Below are positions 62,456-64,000 of a stretch of DNA of 64,000 bases, in pieces (positions within the stretch are counted from its first letter, which is position 1; every line of letters starts with the position of its first letter). The notes under the pieces were generated by a model. It saw nothing but the letters and a program-made list of their open reading frames with translations. It was not told the DNA's origin and did not search any database. A program made the translations under genes and the position numbers. Where the stretch lies: positions 537 to 64,536 of the forward strand of contig JAMOZS010000006.1 of NCBI GenBank assembly GCA_023667765.1. Reading direction: 5' to 3'. The DNA is from Roseburia sp. GTDB taxonomy: Bacteria; Bacillota; Clostridia; Lachnospirales; Lachnospiraceae.

Positions 62456-63643
62456 CTAGGGCTCGGGCGGTAACACAGACGCAAGCATTCTGCCAATTCT
62501 GTGATAGCAGGTGTGCGCAGCGCATACCTTTTCATAGCCGTTTTGTGCGATTTTTTGGCGAAGGGTTTCATGTTCCAGATAATAGGCGCATTTGTCCACC
62601 AGTTCTTCCAGGCCGGAGTAGGCTTCCAGGTCCGTGCCGATTTCAAAATAATCGTTTAATTCCCCCTGATAGTTGGTCATCAGGAAGCCGCCGCAGCCCA
62701 GAATATCAAAAATACGCAGAGGAAGTCCTTCCTGAATAGGTCTGATGGTCATATTCAGATTGATTTTACTTAAATGGAAAAGCTTTGGCATTTCTGTCAG
62801 AGAGGCAATGCCCCCATGAACATTCACGTTCCGCAGAGGGGAAGTATCGCTGTAGGTATACAAATCAACAGAAAAATACTCCGCCAGTGTATTTAAGGTC
62901 TGTATGCGTTCTGTCTCCGCCAGCTGCATACCGATATAGCTGTGGGCGGCGATATATTTGTCGGGATTGGCCACGGCTTCTCCGGGCGTATAGAAATCGG
63001 TGGCTCGATTCTTTAAGGTGTTTACCAATTCGTCGGTCAAAGTATCCTCAATAAAATGATAGCCGTAAATTTTGAGAGAGGCGTTGATGAGCGCCTGTAT
63101 ATAGCCGCGGGTATGGGCCGGCAGCCGGGGAAAGAGCTCTTTCAGGGGATTTTTCTCGCTGTAGAGGGAGCCTATGAAGGAGATGTCTTTGCCGTAGGCT
63201 TGACGCTCCCCGGGGCTGATGGTTTGGAGGACCTTGTCAAAGCGATTCACCGAGGAGTAAAGCGGCAGGTGAAAAATATTGTTGGGATTATAGGGGGCAA
63301 AACGGGTATACTGCGCCCGGTCAAACAGGAAGATGCGGTTTGTATCGTATGAGAGGGCAGAGGAAAACAGTTCGGGAACAGGTGAATCCACCGTCCAGCA
63401 TAGATAGAGTATCTTATAAATATGACAGATTTCCGCTATGACCGGGTAGAAATTGATGCTGAATACAAACAGGGGCTTTGCCTCCTCAAGGGAGGCCTGC
63501 AGCAGACGGACTCTTTCGGCAGAGGTCAGTCCCTTATCGGTAATCTCTGCGGTTTCTTCCATGACCTCCAGTCCCAGAGAACGAAAGGCTTCTATTAAAT
63601 CAGGTTCGCAAATACTTCCATAACGATAAAATAATATCTTCAT
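62456..63643 (-). CDS. CgeB/DUF3880-type glycosyltransferase (paralogue 3)
   Basis: MKILFYRYG, WTVDSP, ISFIGSLYSEK, INLNMTIRPIQEGLPLRIFDILGCGGFL. Confidence 0.85.
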   Translation of the reverse strand: MKILFYRYGSICEPDLIEAFRSLGLEVMEETAEITDKGLTSAERVRLLQASLEEAKPLFVFSINFYPVIAEICHIYKILYLCWTVDSPVPELFSSALSYDTNRIFLFDRAQYTRFAPYNPNNIFHLPLYSSVNRFDKVLQTISPGERQAYGKDISFIGSLYSEKNPLKELFPRLPAHTRGYIQALINASLKIYGYHFIEDTLTDELVNTLKNRATDFYTPGEAVANPDKYIAAHSYIGMQLAETERIQTLNTLAEYFSVDLYTYSDTSPLRNVNVHGGIASLTEMPKLFHLSKINLNMTIRPIQEGLPLRIFDILGCGGFLMTNYQGELNDYFEIGTDLEAYSGLEELVDKCAYYLEHETLRQKIAQNGYEKVCAAHTCYHRIGRMLASVLPPEP

Positions 63644-63801
63644 AAAAATCCCGTTTCCCGGCTGTGCCGCTTATTTTTACCCTTATCATAACATTTTTCG
63701 GAACCGAAGTCACGAAGAAACTCCTTTTATCGGATAGATCCTGTTTCATCAGACAGGATATGGGAAATACTCTTTTATAAATCGTAGGGAAGGGTATTTT
63801 T

Positions 63802-64000
63802 ATGGGGAAGAAAAAGAGGTTCCGGAATAAATCTAAAACAGGCAGGCGTTTCCTTGGCATAGGGCTTATGCTTCTCGCCTTGTATGCGTGGACCTTTTAC
63901 GCGGAGACAAGGGCTCATATAGCGCCGGATTATCCGATGGAAGATATTAGAGAGTATTTATATAAGGGGCAACTGACAGAGGGGGATTACAGCCTGTTGT
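63802..64000 (+). CDS. Membrane-anchored hypothetical protein, 3'-partial
   Basis: Hand translation MGKKKRFRNKSKTGRRFLGIGLMLLALYAWTFYAETRAHIAPDYPMEDI..., open to the window end. Confidence 0.6.
   Translation, partial: MGKKKRFRNKSKTGRRFLGIGLMLLALYAWTFYAETRAHIAPDYPMEDIREYLYKGQLTEGDYSLL

Noticed and set aside
63727-63734. TCCGATAA on the minus strand upstream of CgeB paralogue 3
   Set aside because: It is a -10 match only. The -35 position reads TCTG, so I do not call a promoter.

Overview
A 64 kb window from a motile Clostridia genome; gene content and order point to Lachnospiraceae (inference). It has five parts. (1) 1-4.5 kb: an accessory zone with an HNH nuclease running off the left edge, a radical SAM protein, a flavin reductase, an unknown protein and four truncated or frameshifted gene remnants. 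(2) 4.7-11.3 kb: a heterodimeric ABC exporter and a GNAT-GGDEF(degenerate)-EAL fusion. (3) 11.3-25.4 kb: the late flagellar regulon (flgM flgN flgK flgK flgL fliW csrA flaG fliD fliS, an FlgN/FliT-like chaperone, two short flagellins) with clear sigma28 promoters and CsrA-type sites in the flagellin leaders. (4) 25.4-34.3 kb: a sigma28-driven CgeB/DUF3880 glycosyltransferase, an Rpn nuclease bracketed by a three-hairpin repeat, a LicD protein, a degenerate ABC transporter and a trio of unknown surface proteins. (5) 34.3-63.6 kb: a large glycan-modification island, most likely for flagellin glycosylation. It holds a VioA-like aminotransferase, a seven-gene organic-acid module (PrpD, Ldh_2, citrate-lyase-like, U32-like, ATP-grasp, fumarase beta/alpha), several glycosyltransferases, a SPASM-first radical SAM enzyme, a gene broken at a G9 tract, Stealth, HAD and methyltransferase proteins, and a CDP-polyol pathway. 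Nine island enzymes share a similar ~100 aa Rossmann-like appendage. I found no rRNA, tRNA, CRISPR array or intact IS transposase. All family assignments come from motif recognition by eye, not from database searches.
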